Source: an uncultured Planctomycetaceae bacterium (GTDB lineage: Bacteria > Planctomycetota > Planctomycetia > Isosphaerales > Isosphaeraceae). From it: 64,000 nucleotides of DNA. The DNA is taken from assembly GCA_963833985.1 (NCBI GenBank), contig CAWIAD010000002.1, forward strand, positions 1,056,001 to 1,120,000, read 5' to 3'. Numbering within the stretch: position 1 is the stretch's first letter; every line of letters begins with the position of its first letter. The notes beneath the pieces are model-generated. The model ran no database searches. It was not told the DNA's origin and worked only from the letters and a program-made list of their open reading frames with translations. This document shows positions 44,082 through 56,232 of the stretch, piece after piece. Position numbers and translations under genes: made by a program.

Positions 44082-44851
44082 GCAGTTCCCCTTCCAGCAA
44101 TCGAGCCAACCTCGCTCGGCGTTGTCCGGCCGTCGGACCCGCTGCCGGCGAAACCGGCGTGCAGCGACCTGCGCGACTTGCGGGTTCTCCCATTTCGTGG
44201 AAACCAGACAGATTCTAGAATCGTATAAGCCACCCTTCGTTTTCTCCAGGCCGGCCGCTTTTTTGTGGGGACTTTCTTTTTTTCTTCTCCCACGAATCCG
44301 CGCGGAATCGCGTATTCATTGTGTGAGGAAGAACGGCGGGTCCGACACCAGTCGGCACGCCGGCACAAACGAATGGCCCATCACACATGCACCCGTGTTT
44401 GAAACGGTATCGAAATAGAGCTCGTTAAAACTCTTCCCGTTCGGCCCAACTCTTGCAACACATCAGCCCGGTTTTGAACAGGCAATCGAGGAAGGATTCA
44501 GGTCCATGAATCAGAGCGACAGCGTGTTGTCTCCCGCACTGAGAGGTTCTCTGTCAGCGGGGGCGCCGGGTCGGTCGATGCACGTCAGGTCCGTCCGCGG
44601 ACACGTTTCGAGGCTGTAGAGCAGCCGCTTCTGGGCACTCGAGACGAGGCGCTCATCGTCGATGAACGGGCCCACCTGCGTCCCGCACAGGTCGTCGAGA
44701 GCAAACTCACCCGCATGCTGAAGAACGCCTCTCTTCCGGTCAGCCATCTCCAGATGAGGGGGTTGCTTCGAGCCCGCTGATCAGCTTTGCCAGGCCGCAC
44801 CGCCGCGCTGACCGGTAGAGACGCTCGGCGCACGGCGCATCATTGATCGGA

Positions 44852-47800
44852 TCATGAATTTTCAATGAATGCCCGGACGTCATGAGTGCGGCCATCATCG
44901 GCCAGCGGGATGGACGGGCCTTCCAGTCTGCCACCATCGATCTCGATGGCATGAATTCCACGTTGCTTGCCGTGCGGGTTCTCCACGGTGATGCGATAAC
45001 TGGCCGAGCCGAACCTGTATCTCACGGTGAACGTCTTCCACTCAGGCGGAATGCACGGGTCCAGTGTGAGCTGGTTGCCTTCTCTACGCAGGCCGAGGAT
45101 GGACTCCAGCCCCACGCGATAGAGCCAGGCCGCCGAGCCGGTGTACCACGACCAGCCTCCCCGGCCAGCCAGCGGTGGCTGGCTGAACACATCGCCAGCC
45201 AGGACATACGGCTCCAGCTTGTAGCGATCGCGGGTGGCCGGATCGGCGGCATGCCGGATCGGGTTGAGAATCTGGAACAGCTCGAACGCGCGCTGACCGT
45301 CACCTAGCAGGGCGGCCGCCTGGACCACCCAGGTGGCTGCATGTGTGTACTGGGCGCCGTTCTCCCGGACTCCCGGGAGATAGCCCTTGATGTAGCCAGG
45401 GTCCATCGGGGCATCGTCGAAGGGCGGCGTGAGCAGCAGGATCACCCCCTCCTGAGGGCGGACCAGGTGGCGCAGGATCGCGTCCATGGCCTGCCGCGCC
45501 CGCGCCGGGTCGCCGGCCCTGGAGATCACGGCCCAGGACTGGGCGATCGAGTCGATCTTACATTCGCGATTCTGAGCCGAGCCCAGCGGGGTGCCGTCGT
45601 CGAAGTACGCGCGGCGGTACCAGCCGCCATCCCAGCCGTGCCGCTCGACGGCCGCACCGAGCGCGTCGGCCTGCTGCCGGTAGCGGGAGACGCGGGGCTG
45701 ATCGTCGCGGCTGGCGGCGATGCCGGCAAATGAGCGCAGGCAATCGATCAGGAACCAGGCCAGCCAGATGCTTTCGCCCCTCCCTTCCACGCCGACGCGG
45801 TTCATCCCGTCGTTCCAGTCTCCGGTCCCGATGAGCGGAAGGCCGCGTGGTCCCAGCCGCAGCCCGCGCTCGATGGCCCGGGTGCAGTGCTCGTAGAGCG
45901 AGCCGGGCTTCTCGGCACTGGAGGGCACGCGCAGGTCGTCCTCCTGGCCGCTTTCCAGGGCGGGTGCCTTCAGGTACGAGACACTCTCGTCGAGGATCGC
46001 CGCATCGCCCGTGGCTCGCACATACCGTTCCGTCACGTAGGGTAGCCAGAGCAGATCGTCCGAGATCCGCGTGCGCACGCCCCGCCCCGCCGGCGGGTGC
46101 CACCAGTGCTGCACGTCGCCCTCGACGAACTGCCGGGAGGCCGCGAGCAGGATGTGAGCCCGCGCCGCCTCCGGCGCTGCGTGCAAGAGTGCGAGCACAT
46201 CCTGCAACTGGTCGCGGTATCCGAACGCGCCACCGGACTGGTAAAACGCCGACCGGGCCCAGACCCGGCAGCTTGCCACCTGGTACAGTAGCCAGCCGTT
46301 CATGAGCAGGTCGAACGACGGCTCGGGCGTGACCGTCTGTACCGCGCCAAGGATCTGCTCCCACCGGTTCTTCACCGCACCGAGAGCCTGCGCCGCGGAA
46401 TCAGGCTGCCGATACCGGCGGATCAGCTCGCGTGCGGCGCTCAGGCTCTCCGCCTCACCCAGCAGGAAGAGGATCTCCGCCGATTCTCCGGGAGCGAGCT
46501 CGAACTTCGTCTGGATGGCCGCGCAGGGATCAAAACCAGCACCCGTGCGGCCGGAAAGCGCGAGCGCGTGCAGGGCGGCTGGTGCGGCCACCGAGCCGTG
46601 GCGGCCCAGGAATTCCACGCGGTCGGCGGTGAGGGTCCTGGGATGCCGGTTCACATGTGCAAAGGCCAAGCGGTCGGCGAAGTCGGAACGGAAGGTGTTG
46701 CGGGCCAGCAGCGCCTCGGTGTCCGGGTCGACCTCGCTCACCACGTGCATCGCGCCGGCGTCGCGCGTTGTCCCCAGGACCCACTCGGCGTAGTAAGTCG
46801 CCGACAACGAACGTGGCTCGCTGCCGGCGTTGCGCACCCGCAGGTTGAGGAGCTTGATCGGGTCGTCGAGCGCGACCAGCAGCGTCAGCTCGTGCTCCAG
46901 GCCGTGCGACGCGCGCTGGAAGACGGTGTATCCCTGGCCGTGGCGGACCAGGGTCGGCTGGGGTGCGGGAACCGGCAAAGGGGTGGGGCACCAGGTCTGG
47001 CCGGTGGCCTCGTCGCGCAGGTAAATCACTTCGCGGGCCGGGTCCATGACCGGATCGTTGCTCCAGGGCGTGAGCCGGTTGGTCTGGCTGTTGCCGGCCC
47101 AGGTGTAGCCCGATCCGCTCTCGGTGATGATGCAGCCGAACCCGGGGTTGGCGATCACGTTGCTCCAGGGCAGGGGAGGCAAGGCCGGATGCGGAGTGAA
47201 CGGAACGGCGGCGAGCGGCCCGTTCTGACGGCCCGACGCGGCGTCCTGGACCGTGATCAGCACGCAGTACTCGCGGCCGTCGGCCGAGAAGCCGCCCAGG
47301 CCGTTGAAGAACTGCAAGCCGGCGGGCAGCCCCACTGGCACATCTTCCCAGTGCTGGGGCGGCCGGCTGGGAAGCAACGGTTCGGGATGCGCCCGGGCCC
47401 ATTCAATGCGGTCGAGCTGGCCGGCCAGGGTGCCGCGCGCTCCATCCAGCACGGCGCGTGCCGCGGCCTCCAGCAGCAGGACCTCGTCCTCGCTGATGCT
47501 GGCCCGGGAGATCACGTACACGCCGCCGGGCCGGCCCAGCCAATCTCCCAGACCGGCGTCGCGGACCATGCCCGCAACCTGCTGGGCCAGGCCCTCGCTG
47601 CTGCCCGGATCCTCCTGAACCAGGACCACCAGGTCGATCTCCACGCCCCTCTGCCGCAGAAACTCGCGTGCGGCCATGAGTTGCCGCACGAGCGGGAACT
47701 CCGCGGCCTCGGCAACCTGGACCAGCAGGATGGCCCGGTCGCCCGCCAGGCCATGCCGGCCCAGCGCCGCCTGGCCCAGGCGGTTGGCGGCCAGGGTCTG

Positions 47801-50800
47801 CGAGTGCACCCTCAGGGCCGAGCCCGCGAACAGCAGGTGCGACCCCAGCCGCTGGTACAGGTGGTCCTCGGGCACAGCGCCGCGATGGCCATGCTCCACC
47901 TGGCTGCGCGCCCAGGCCAGCTCGAACGCGCGGGCCACCGCGCTGGAGCCATGATAGGCGTCCGCCAGGGCCAGGGCCTCGTCTCGCGATTCGGCCACCG
48001 CCAGCGTGAACCCGGCCACGGCCGACCCGCCCGGCTCGAGGCGAAACCTCCGCCGCAGGCTGAGGACAGGATCCAGCACCGGCCCGACGGTCCCCGACAG
48101 GGGGGTGTGCGGGCCCAGGGCCGCCGGATCCGCCAGGGTCCTACCCCGGCCCACGAACTGCGCGCGGTCGGTCTCGTACTGCAACGGCCCGACGACCGTG
48201 CAGCCCGGGGCCGAGCGGTCCACGGCCAGCACGTGCACGGCCCAGATCGGCCGCTCCTGCGCCGATCGGGGTCGCCTCCGGCACAGCAGCGCATCGCATC
48301 CGGCGAGGTGCTCGGTCTCCAGAAACAGCTTGCCGAACGCCGGGTGCGCCAGGTCGGCGCCGTGGAAGTTGATCACCGGCTCAACGTAGCTGGTCAGCTC
48401 CAGCTCGCGCGGCTGGCTGCCGTGGTTGGTGAGAGTGATGCGGCGGACCTCCGCAAGCTGTTCGGGCGAGACAACGATCTCGAGCACGGTCTCGACGTCG
48501 CCATCGCGGCGCCGCAGCAGCGCCTTGTCCGCCGAGAAGACCACCTCGTAATCCTCTGGGGGCCGGCAGACCGGCTGGTAGCCGGCCGACCAGACCTGCC
48601 CGGTCAGCACGTCGCGCACGTAGCAGAAGTGTCCCCAGCCTTCGGAGATCGCGTCCTCGCGCCAGCGCGTCACGTCCAGGCCCTGGCACCGGCTGAATCC
48701 GGAGCCCGAGTTCGTGACCATCACGTGATAGCGCCTGTTGGAAAGCAGGTGCGTGCGTGGAGCGGCGGTGGCCGGAGTGGTGAGCCGCCGGCTCAGGGGC
48801 GAACCCGCACCCGCATCCGCGGGCCGTGCCAGGTCCAGCCGTGCCGGGGCCGCCTCGATGATCGGCGAGTCGGCCGGAATGCGCTCTTGCAAGAGCAGCT
48901 CGGCGGCGCGGACCATGGGCTCGGCGTGGAAACGTCGCGGCATCGGATCGTCGAGCAGGACGTTGGCCAGTGCCACCAGGCTCATCCCCTGGTGGTGCGC
49001 CATGTACGACTTCACCACGACATGCCGCTGGCCCTGGGGCAAGCGGTCGGGCGTGTAGTCGACGGCCTCATAGAACCCGTACCTTCCCTCGGCGCCCTCG
49101 GCGGCCAGTCTTCGGAGGTTCGCCAGGGCCTCGCCCGGGGCAACCATCGCGGCCATGGCGGTGGCGTACGGGGCGACCACCCGGTCGATTTCCAGCCCGC
49201 GCTTCAGTCCCAGGCCCGGCACGCCGAACGACTGGTAGCGGTAATCGCCTTCCAGGAACTGGCTGCTGTAGGCCGATTCGGAGACTCCCCAGGGAAGGCC
49301 GAGCTGGTGGCCGTACTCGATCTGGCGGGCGACGGCGGTCCGGCTCGCCTCGGCCAGAAGCGTGCCCGGCAGGCTGCGCAGCAGCAGCCGCGGCATGAGG
49401 TACTCGAACATGGTGCCGCCCCACGAGATCAGGCCGATCCGCCCGGCCGCGTGGATGTACGGCCGGCCAAGCTGGAACCAGTGACGGCGCGGAGCGTCGC
49501 CCCGGGCGACGTTCAGATAGCTGGTCAGGCACGACTCGGAAGCCAGCAAGTCGTAGCAGGCGCCGTCGACGTTCCCGTGGCTCAGGTTCAGCCCGATCGC
49601 GTAGAGATGCCGCTCTGACTTGTAGAGCGGGCGGAAGTCCATCGCTGAGGCGATCGCCTCGGCCCGGCCGGCCAGGTGAAGCAGCCGTTCGCGGAGCAGC
49701 CCCGCGGTGCCGGCGCAGGGCCGTGACCAGGCCTGGTGCCGGCTGGCGATCGCCGTTGCCCGTCGGCCCGCCCGCAAGCTCGGCCAGCACCGCCTGCGCG
49801 CGCCGGGCCAGGTCGTCCAGGCTGGCTGGTAAGGCCAGCAGACCGTGAGCGGAGAGGATTCTGTCCGCGTCTCCGCCTGGCGCGCGCTCCAGCGCCAGCC
49901 AGGGCGCCAGCTCGGCCAGCTCGGCGCGGCGTTCCTGCACCTGGGCCAGCAGCGCCTCGGCCCAGTCCTGCGCCTCCCGGGCATCGTCACCGCGGCCGGC
50001 AGCCGAGACGATTCGCCCCCGCAGCTCCTCGGCATCACGCTCCACCCGGGCGAGCCATTCATCCCAGGCCGGCAAGTCGGCGGGGTGCTCCTCGAGCAGG
50101 CGTTCCAGCCGCGCCGCGTCGCGCCGCCAGGAAGCGCCCACCAGCCCGAAGGTATCGGCCAGTCCCGCGGCCGTGGCAGGGCCGAAGAGTGGTTCCCCCA
50201 GCTTCTCGAACAGGCCTTGCCGTAATGCCAGCAAGCAGCCCAGCAGGTTGCCGCTGTCGACGGTCGAGATGTAGGCGGGGGGAAGCATCTGGAGCGTGCG
50301 CGTATCATACCAGTTGTAGAACTGCCCCCACTTCTTGTCCATGCGGTCGAACGCGTCGAAGGTCTTCTCGAGACGCTCCGCCAGCCTGCCCGTGCTCAGA
50401 TAGCCCAGGTCGTGGGCCGCCAGGGTGGAGAGCAGCAGCATTCCCTGGTTCGTGGGAGAGGTGCGATGCGCGATGCGGCCGTCGGGGACCTCCTGGTAAT
50501 TGTCAGGCGGCAGCCAGTGATCGCCGTCGCCCACGAAAGTCTCGAAGAAATGCCAGGTCTTGCGCGTGATCCGTCGCAACGCCCTTCGCTCGGCGGTCCC
50601 GAGCGCTTGATCGCGCGGCTTCTTCGGGCGGCTCACCAGGAAGGCGGCGAGGGGAGAAAGCAGCCATGCGGCCAGGAACGGGCTCGCCGCCCAGAGGGCC
50701 CGCGGCCGCACCAGCGTCACCAGCAGCGCGCACACCGCGGCCATCGCCAGCGTTCCCCACATGCCCGAGAGGAAATCCCGCAGCCCTGACCCCAGGCGCT

Positions 50801-53628
50801 GCTCGGTGGACGCCGCCGTCTCCCACTCCAGCAGCCTGCGCCGGGTGAACAGCAGCCGGATCAACGTGCGCGCCACGGCGTCGCACATGATGCGCGCCTG
50901 GTCGGCAAGCAGCACGATCGCCAGCAGGCACTGCCCGGCGATGTGCGGAACATGCTGCCGCCAGGCCGTCAGGCCCGCCATGGAAGCCGTGCGCGCACAG
51001 CCCAGCGCGGCGCCGATCGCCCACTTCACCACGGGGAGAACCAGCACGCCCAGAGCCAGGAATGTCCAGAGCCAGGGAGAGCCCGGCAGCACCGTCCAGC
51101 CCAGCACCAGCATCGCCAGCAGCGCGGGGGGAACCAGGCTGCGACGCAGATTGTCCAGCAGCTTCCAGCGCTCGATGACTGGCAGCGGGTTGGCGCGCGT
51201 GCCTTCGGGAGCAGGCACGCGCCGGCCCAGCCATGGCAGAAGCTGCCAGTCGCCCCGCACCCAGCGGTGCTCCCTGCGCATGGGCGTGGTAGCGGGCCGG
51301 GAAATCGTCGAACAGCTCCGTATCGCTGAGCAGGCCGCAGCGCGCGTAGTTCCCCTCCACCAGGTCATGACTCAGGATATGATTCTCAGGGAACGTACCA
51401 CCCGTGGCGGCCTCGAACGCGTCGACGTCGTAGATCCCCTTGCCTATGAAGCTCCCCAGGCCGAAAAGGTCCATGTAGGTGTCAGACGCGGCCGAGGAGT
51501 ACGGGTCGATGCCTCCCGACGCCGCCAGCAGCGCCGCGAAGTGCGAGTGCGTGGCGGCCGTGAGATGGAAGCTCACCCGCGGCTGGAGCACGCCGTAGCC
51601 CTCGAGCACGCGGCCCGATCCCGGGTCGAAGCGGGGCTGGTTGAGCGGGTGGGCCAGCGAGCCGATGAGCCGGCGCACCGTGTCGCGGGGCATCTGCGTG
51701 TCGGCGTCGAGCGTGATCACGAACCGCGTGCGCGTGCCGGACGTGGGGTCTGCGCTCGCGAGCATGTACGTGGTGCCGCGGTCGCCTCGCAGCAGCCGGT
51801 TGAACTCGGAGAGCTTGCCGCGCTTCCGTTCCCAGCCCATCCAGCAGCCCTCGGACGCGTTCCACATGCGCCGCCGGTGAAACAGGAAGAACAGGTCGGG
51901 AGCATCCGGGGCATAGCGCTGGTTGAGTGCCCGCACCCGCGCCAGGGCGTCATCCAGCAGTGCCTGGTCCGCGGGCATTACCTCCTGCGGCGCATCGGCG
52001 AAATCAGTCAAGAGCGCGAACCGGAGGTTGGCCCCGGGATTGGCCAGGTAGTGGGTCTCCATCCGCTCGCAGAGCACCTCGGCGCTGCGCGGCCGCACCA
52101 GCATCGACGGCATCACCACGAACGTGGCGAACTCTTGCGGCACGCCCTCCTTCAGCTCGAGCTTCGCCAGGACCCGGGGGGGCAACAGCAGGGTCATCAG
52201 GTGGTTCACCAACCCGACGGCCAGCTCGCTGGCCGGCAGCAGGGCGGCCAGTGCCGCGACCGTCAACCCGAGCCACCCCGGCGCACGGCTGGTGCTCGAA
52301 ATCAGCAGCAGCAGGACGCCGATCAGGAACGCAAGCAGGCCGGCGATCTTGCCGAAGTAGACGGTCCGGGGATGCGCCAGCACCCAGTCGAGCAGGCGCT
52401 CCTGTCCGTCGGGCCTGTAGCCGAAGGCCTGGCGCAGCTCGGCCTCGCCGCGAGAGACCAAGTAGTAGCCGACATGTCCTCGTGCCGCCGAGACCGCGCC
52501 GCCGGCGCGGGCCAGCTCGATGGCCCGCCGCGCCACGGCCAGCTCGTCGGCCTTCGAGCCCCGGGCGATCTTCTCCACCACCTTGCGGTAGCGGTCGCTG
52601 GTGGCGAAGTCCTGGAGCGGATAGATCCCCGACGGGTCTTCGCGGAGGATCGTCTCCACCAGGCTGGTGCGCTCGAAGAACGCGTTCCAGTCCACCGCCG
52701 AGAGCAAGCGGAGGCTGAGCACGCAGTTGCCGACAGTGATCTGGTTAACGGCCTGGAGATGGTGCTCCTCGCCCAGGACCTCGTCCGAATCTCGCCCCAG
52801 TGCATCCAGCGCGGCTTCCAGCCGCCGGAGCAGGGGAACAGCCGTGGGGCCCTGGTCGCGCAGCAGTTGCACCAACCGCACGACGAACGGACCGCTCGGC
52901 GCGGTGACCGGCGGCAGCCCCGAATCGACATCGGCACCGGCTCGCTCAGCTCCGGCACCGGCACTGCCCACAACGGCCATCGCCTGCTGGAACCAGGCGT
53001 CGGCCCGCGCCCATTCCTGCCAGCGCCCCAGCATCTGCTCGGCGAGCCGGCGCAGGTTCTCCAGCAGCACCAGGCGAAACATCGTGGGCAACGCCCAGAG
53101 CTCGCCGATCGTGAGCGGGACGTTCTCCTGGAACGCCTGGACGAACCGGCCGATCCGCGGCTCGTCGAGCTCGCTGTCGGTGTGCGCGATCAGGGTGACC
53201 GCCAGCGCGTACACGCGCGGATAACCGGCCAGCGGAGCGCCGCCCAGCTTGGGCAGGATCACATCGTAACCCCGCGGCAGGTCCTGGCGCACCTCGCGAA
53301 GCACGTCGTCGACAATATGGAAATTGTCCGCCAGCCACTCGGCGTCGATACCCTGGAGCTCGATGCGCTCGTGCTGGAAGATCTCGCGGCGCGCCTGCAA
53401 CAGCAGCCGCTGATTGTCGTGGAAGCGCTTCAGGAGGGGACTGTTGATCCGCTGCCGCGCTCCCAGCGTGCATGCCGCGGCAAGCCTCCGCGCCTGGCTC
53501 TCCAACCCTTCCATGCCGAGCAGCTCCGCCCGGATCACGCCCGATTGCCGCGGATCGAGCAGGGGAAGAATCTCGGACTCGGTGCCCTTCGCCGCGGGAG
53601 ACGGAACCTCGAGAAAAGAAGAGCTCAT
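44852..53628 (-). CDS. ndvB: Cyclic beta-1,2-glucan synthase (Cgs/NdvB/ChvB; GT84, cyclising domain and GH94); frameshifts near 51278 and 49712
   Basis: WMGWERKRGK, ITLDADT, LSHDLVEG, RWVRGDWQL; HRTSPTN, SWGGTMFEYLMP, WGVSES; YQSGGAFGYRDQLQD, GDWNDGMN, RENGAQYTH, WYTGSAAW. Confidence 0.92.
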
Positions 53629-54175
53629 GCCGCTGCCGTTCTCCGGAACGCTCCACACCGAGCCACCCTGGCGCTCGGGCATCCTCGATCGCGGCCGGCG
53701 GCCTGGCGTGGAGCGGGGCGGCTCTTCCACGCCGGGTCGAGGAATCGTCGATGGTGCCGCGCCCGGTCACGGTCCAGGCTTGCCCTGCACCTCTGACTGC
53801 CTTCCAGGACGCTCGCGCCCGCATCCCTGTATCGCATGCCGATCCTTGAAAAAGCCGTATTCAGGGAGCATTCATTTTAGGATAACTCGGCCCGGCGTGA
53901 AACGGGGCAGTGCCCGGCGAGCAGGCGCCGGACGTCTTCAGAGCGCACATTCGTTACCGAAGTCAGCTCCGCCGGATTCTGAATCAGCGCGGCTCCTGGT
54001 CCCATCGCCTCCAGAGCAGGAAGCAGGCCAGGGAGACCTTCTTCATCTCTCCGTGGTCCAGCACAAATCCCACCTTCGGATCGTAGGCCTGGCATTACGT
54101 GCCTGGGATCGCTTCATGCAACCGCCTGTTGTTAAGATTCAAGATTGATCGAATCGTCAAGGCGGGGAGGCTGCG

Positions 54176-54736
54176 ATGAGCGAACCAAAGAGATCGACGG
54201 GGAAGATTCTGGTTCATCTCCTCCGGCCCGGCGTCGGTGCTGAGGACTATCAACTTTCCGATGGCGCTACCCTCGCCGACCTTCTGGGTAGGGCGGGTGT
54301 CACGACGAAGAACAAGGCCGTCATCCTTGACGGTGTCCTGGCCGAGAGATCCGCTCCCCTACAAGATGGTTCGATCGTGACGATCGCGCCGCGGCCCAGG
54401 AATGCGCGCGCTTTGTACGAAACCTACAAGCTAGACCCAGCCAGGCAGGCCGTGCCGGGCTTCATTGACTGGCGGGATTTTGAACCGTCCTGGCTGCCCG
54501 GCGGTGAGCAGGCACCACTGGCTACCGAACTGATCACCTATCGTGACCGCCTTGACGAGTTGCTCGAGCACAAGGGCCAGTTCGTCGTCATCAAGGGAAA
54601 ATCGGTCCTGGGATACTACCGCGACCTCTCTTCCGCCCTCGCAGCAGCTTTTCAGGAATTTGGTGCTGTCCCGGTCCTGGTGAAGCAAATCGTTGACATG
54701 GAACCGGTCCGCCAACTGGGACGTGTTGTCTCGTAA
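54176..54736 (+). CDS. ThiS/MoaD-like ubiquitin-fold domain fused to a DUF5678-like domain
   Basis: GATLADLL...VILDG...LQDGSIVTIAP; YRDRLDELLEHKGQFVVIKGKSVLGYY...ALAAAFQEFG...LVKQI; RBS GGAGG. Confidence 0.7.
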   Translation: MSEPKRSTGKILVHLLRPGVGAEDYQLSDGATLADLLGRAGVTTKNKAVILDGVLAERSAPLQDGSIVTIAPRPRNARALYETYKLDPARQAVPGFIDWRDFEPSWLPGGEQAPLATELITYRDRLDELLEHKGQFVVIKGKSVLGYYRDLSSALAAAFQEFGAVPVLVKQIVDMEPVRQLGRVVS

Positions 54737-54850
54737 TGCCTCGGTTATCAGTCGCGCTACTGCCCGCCGGTGCCTTCCTCGATGTGGGTGTTGGTGCATC
54801 TCCGAACCTTACAAGTCCCGCTCATCGTCCTGCCACGTGGAGGGCACCCA
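54736..54850 (+). pseudogene. Probable N-terminal remnant of a retropepsin-like aspartyl protease
   Basis: TAATG stop/start overlap; MPRLSVALLPAGAFLDVGVG...ATWRA then diverges where xxDTGA would be expected. Confidence 0.45.
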
Positions 54851-54966
54851 TCAGCAAGATGGTGACGACCGGCGGCTACCATTTACCAACGGCCCGTTCG
54901 AGCCGTGGGACGCCCGCGACCGGGCGGGATCCGGCCGCGAGCGATCCGTTCATGCTGGTTCCGGGA

Positions 54967-55647
54967 TCACCGGCTCGTCCGGCCGACCCGGCTGGCCCTG
55001 CGCCTCGCGCCGAACCAGTACAGTGCGGCCGGCACGCCCATGCCGATCAGAATCGCCGAGGAGGGCTCGGGGACCGCCGAGTTGACTTGAAGGATTTCAG
55101 GCCCGTAAGAGAGTGGATACGTGGTCCAGCTCGACCCGTTGTTCTGGCTCCTCGCGATCATGTTCAGCGAGCCCGACCCCGTGTAGCTTGTGCTATCGGT
55201 ATATCCCCATCGGAAGAACGCGGAGGTGTCCGTCCCGCTTGCCGAAAGGATGAACCAGTAGCTGGTATTCGCACTGAGCAGCACGTTCGAGCTGGGCATG
55301 AAGACCTCGTCGTGATACGTCGATCCGGTGGGAATCGTGGGAATGGTGAAGGTGGTCAGCACGGTGCTGCCCGGCTGGCCGCCGTTGTCTGCCACCAGCT
55401 CCGCGGAGGCGGTGAACGTCCCGGTCGCATCGCCCACCAGGGCGACGACGGTCCCCAGCTCCACGCCCTGGTTCCCCGTGATGAACTCCTGGGCGTACTC
55501 CTGGGGCGGCCCGGCAGCATAGATCGTGCTGTGCCCGTTCATGGTCTCACTGAGATTGCTGATGATGGTCTCGGCACGCGACGGCACCGAACCGGCAATC
55601 AGCGCAACCGCGAACGCGCACACGAGGTTCATCTGCATGTTCCGCAT
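54967..55647 (-). CDS. PEP-CTERM surface protein
   Basis: Signal peptide; C-terminal VPEPSS, TM helix and RRR. Confidence 0.92.
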   Translation of the reverse strand: MRNMQMNLVCAFAVALIAGSVPSRAETIISNLSETMNGHSTIYAAGPPQEYAQEFITGNQGVELGTVVALVGDATGTFTASAELVADNGGQPGSTVLTTFTIPTIPTGSTYHDEVFMPSSNVLLSANTSYWFILSASGTDTSAFFRWGYTDSTSYTGSGSLNMIARSQNNGSSWTTYPLSYGPEILQVNSAVPEPSSAILIGMGVPAALYWFGARRRASRVGRTSR

Positions 55648-56232
55648 GATATCCTCCTGGTGTTCGAGTCTCTCGATCTTCGCGGTAAGCCGTCCAATCG
55701 CCCGTGGAACTCCGAAGCTTGCCGCAAGCCGCTACAATCTACGCGAGACCCGTTCGATCCCTGTGAACCTCGAATGTAAAGAAGATTAAGAATTGAGAAC
55801 GTTGTCTAATCTCGACGAGCCCATCGGAACCTTGCGAAAAAACAAGGCGAACCCACATGCCCCTCGCCTGGAAGGCTCCCGCGGACGCTCCTGATGCCGA
55901 GACCTGCGCGAAGCCTTGATCTCGTCCCCGGTCCGTCCAGGTCAGGATCACGAGCTTGGGACCATCATGACGAAGATTCGCTGCGTACGCATTCACAGCC
56001 GTTGATACTGATTAAAGCCCTTCTCCACGGTGCCGGCCGGCGCCAGCCCGGCTTGCAAGTCCTGTCTGCGGTTCCGCATGAAGCTGCAAGATGCGACCCT
56101 TGCCTGATTGACTCGGTTTGCTGGCGTCGCATACAACTGCACGTTTGAACGGTCGCTGCCAGCGCCTGGAGCCTGTTCGAGCGATCGACCCGGACGGGTC
56201 CTGTCCACAGCGTCCTTGTTGGGAACCACGCC

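Noticed and set aside
44506..44850. Possible small gene between the ABC exporter and cgs
   Set aside because: Short ORFs on both strands with no recognisable motif; neither strand can be supported.
46568..53796. Long plus-strand ORFs (1016 aa, 1011 aa) and similar antisense ORFs elsewhere (13553-16426, 19212-21515, 42261-44228, 55993-57927)
   Set aside because: Shadow ORFs opposite well-supported genes, expected at high GC, with no recognisable motifs.
54736..55779. 347-aa ORF as a full gene
   Set aside because: Beyond about 40 codons it is mostly antisense to the PEP-CTERM gene; only the 5' remnant is credible.
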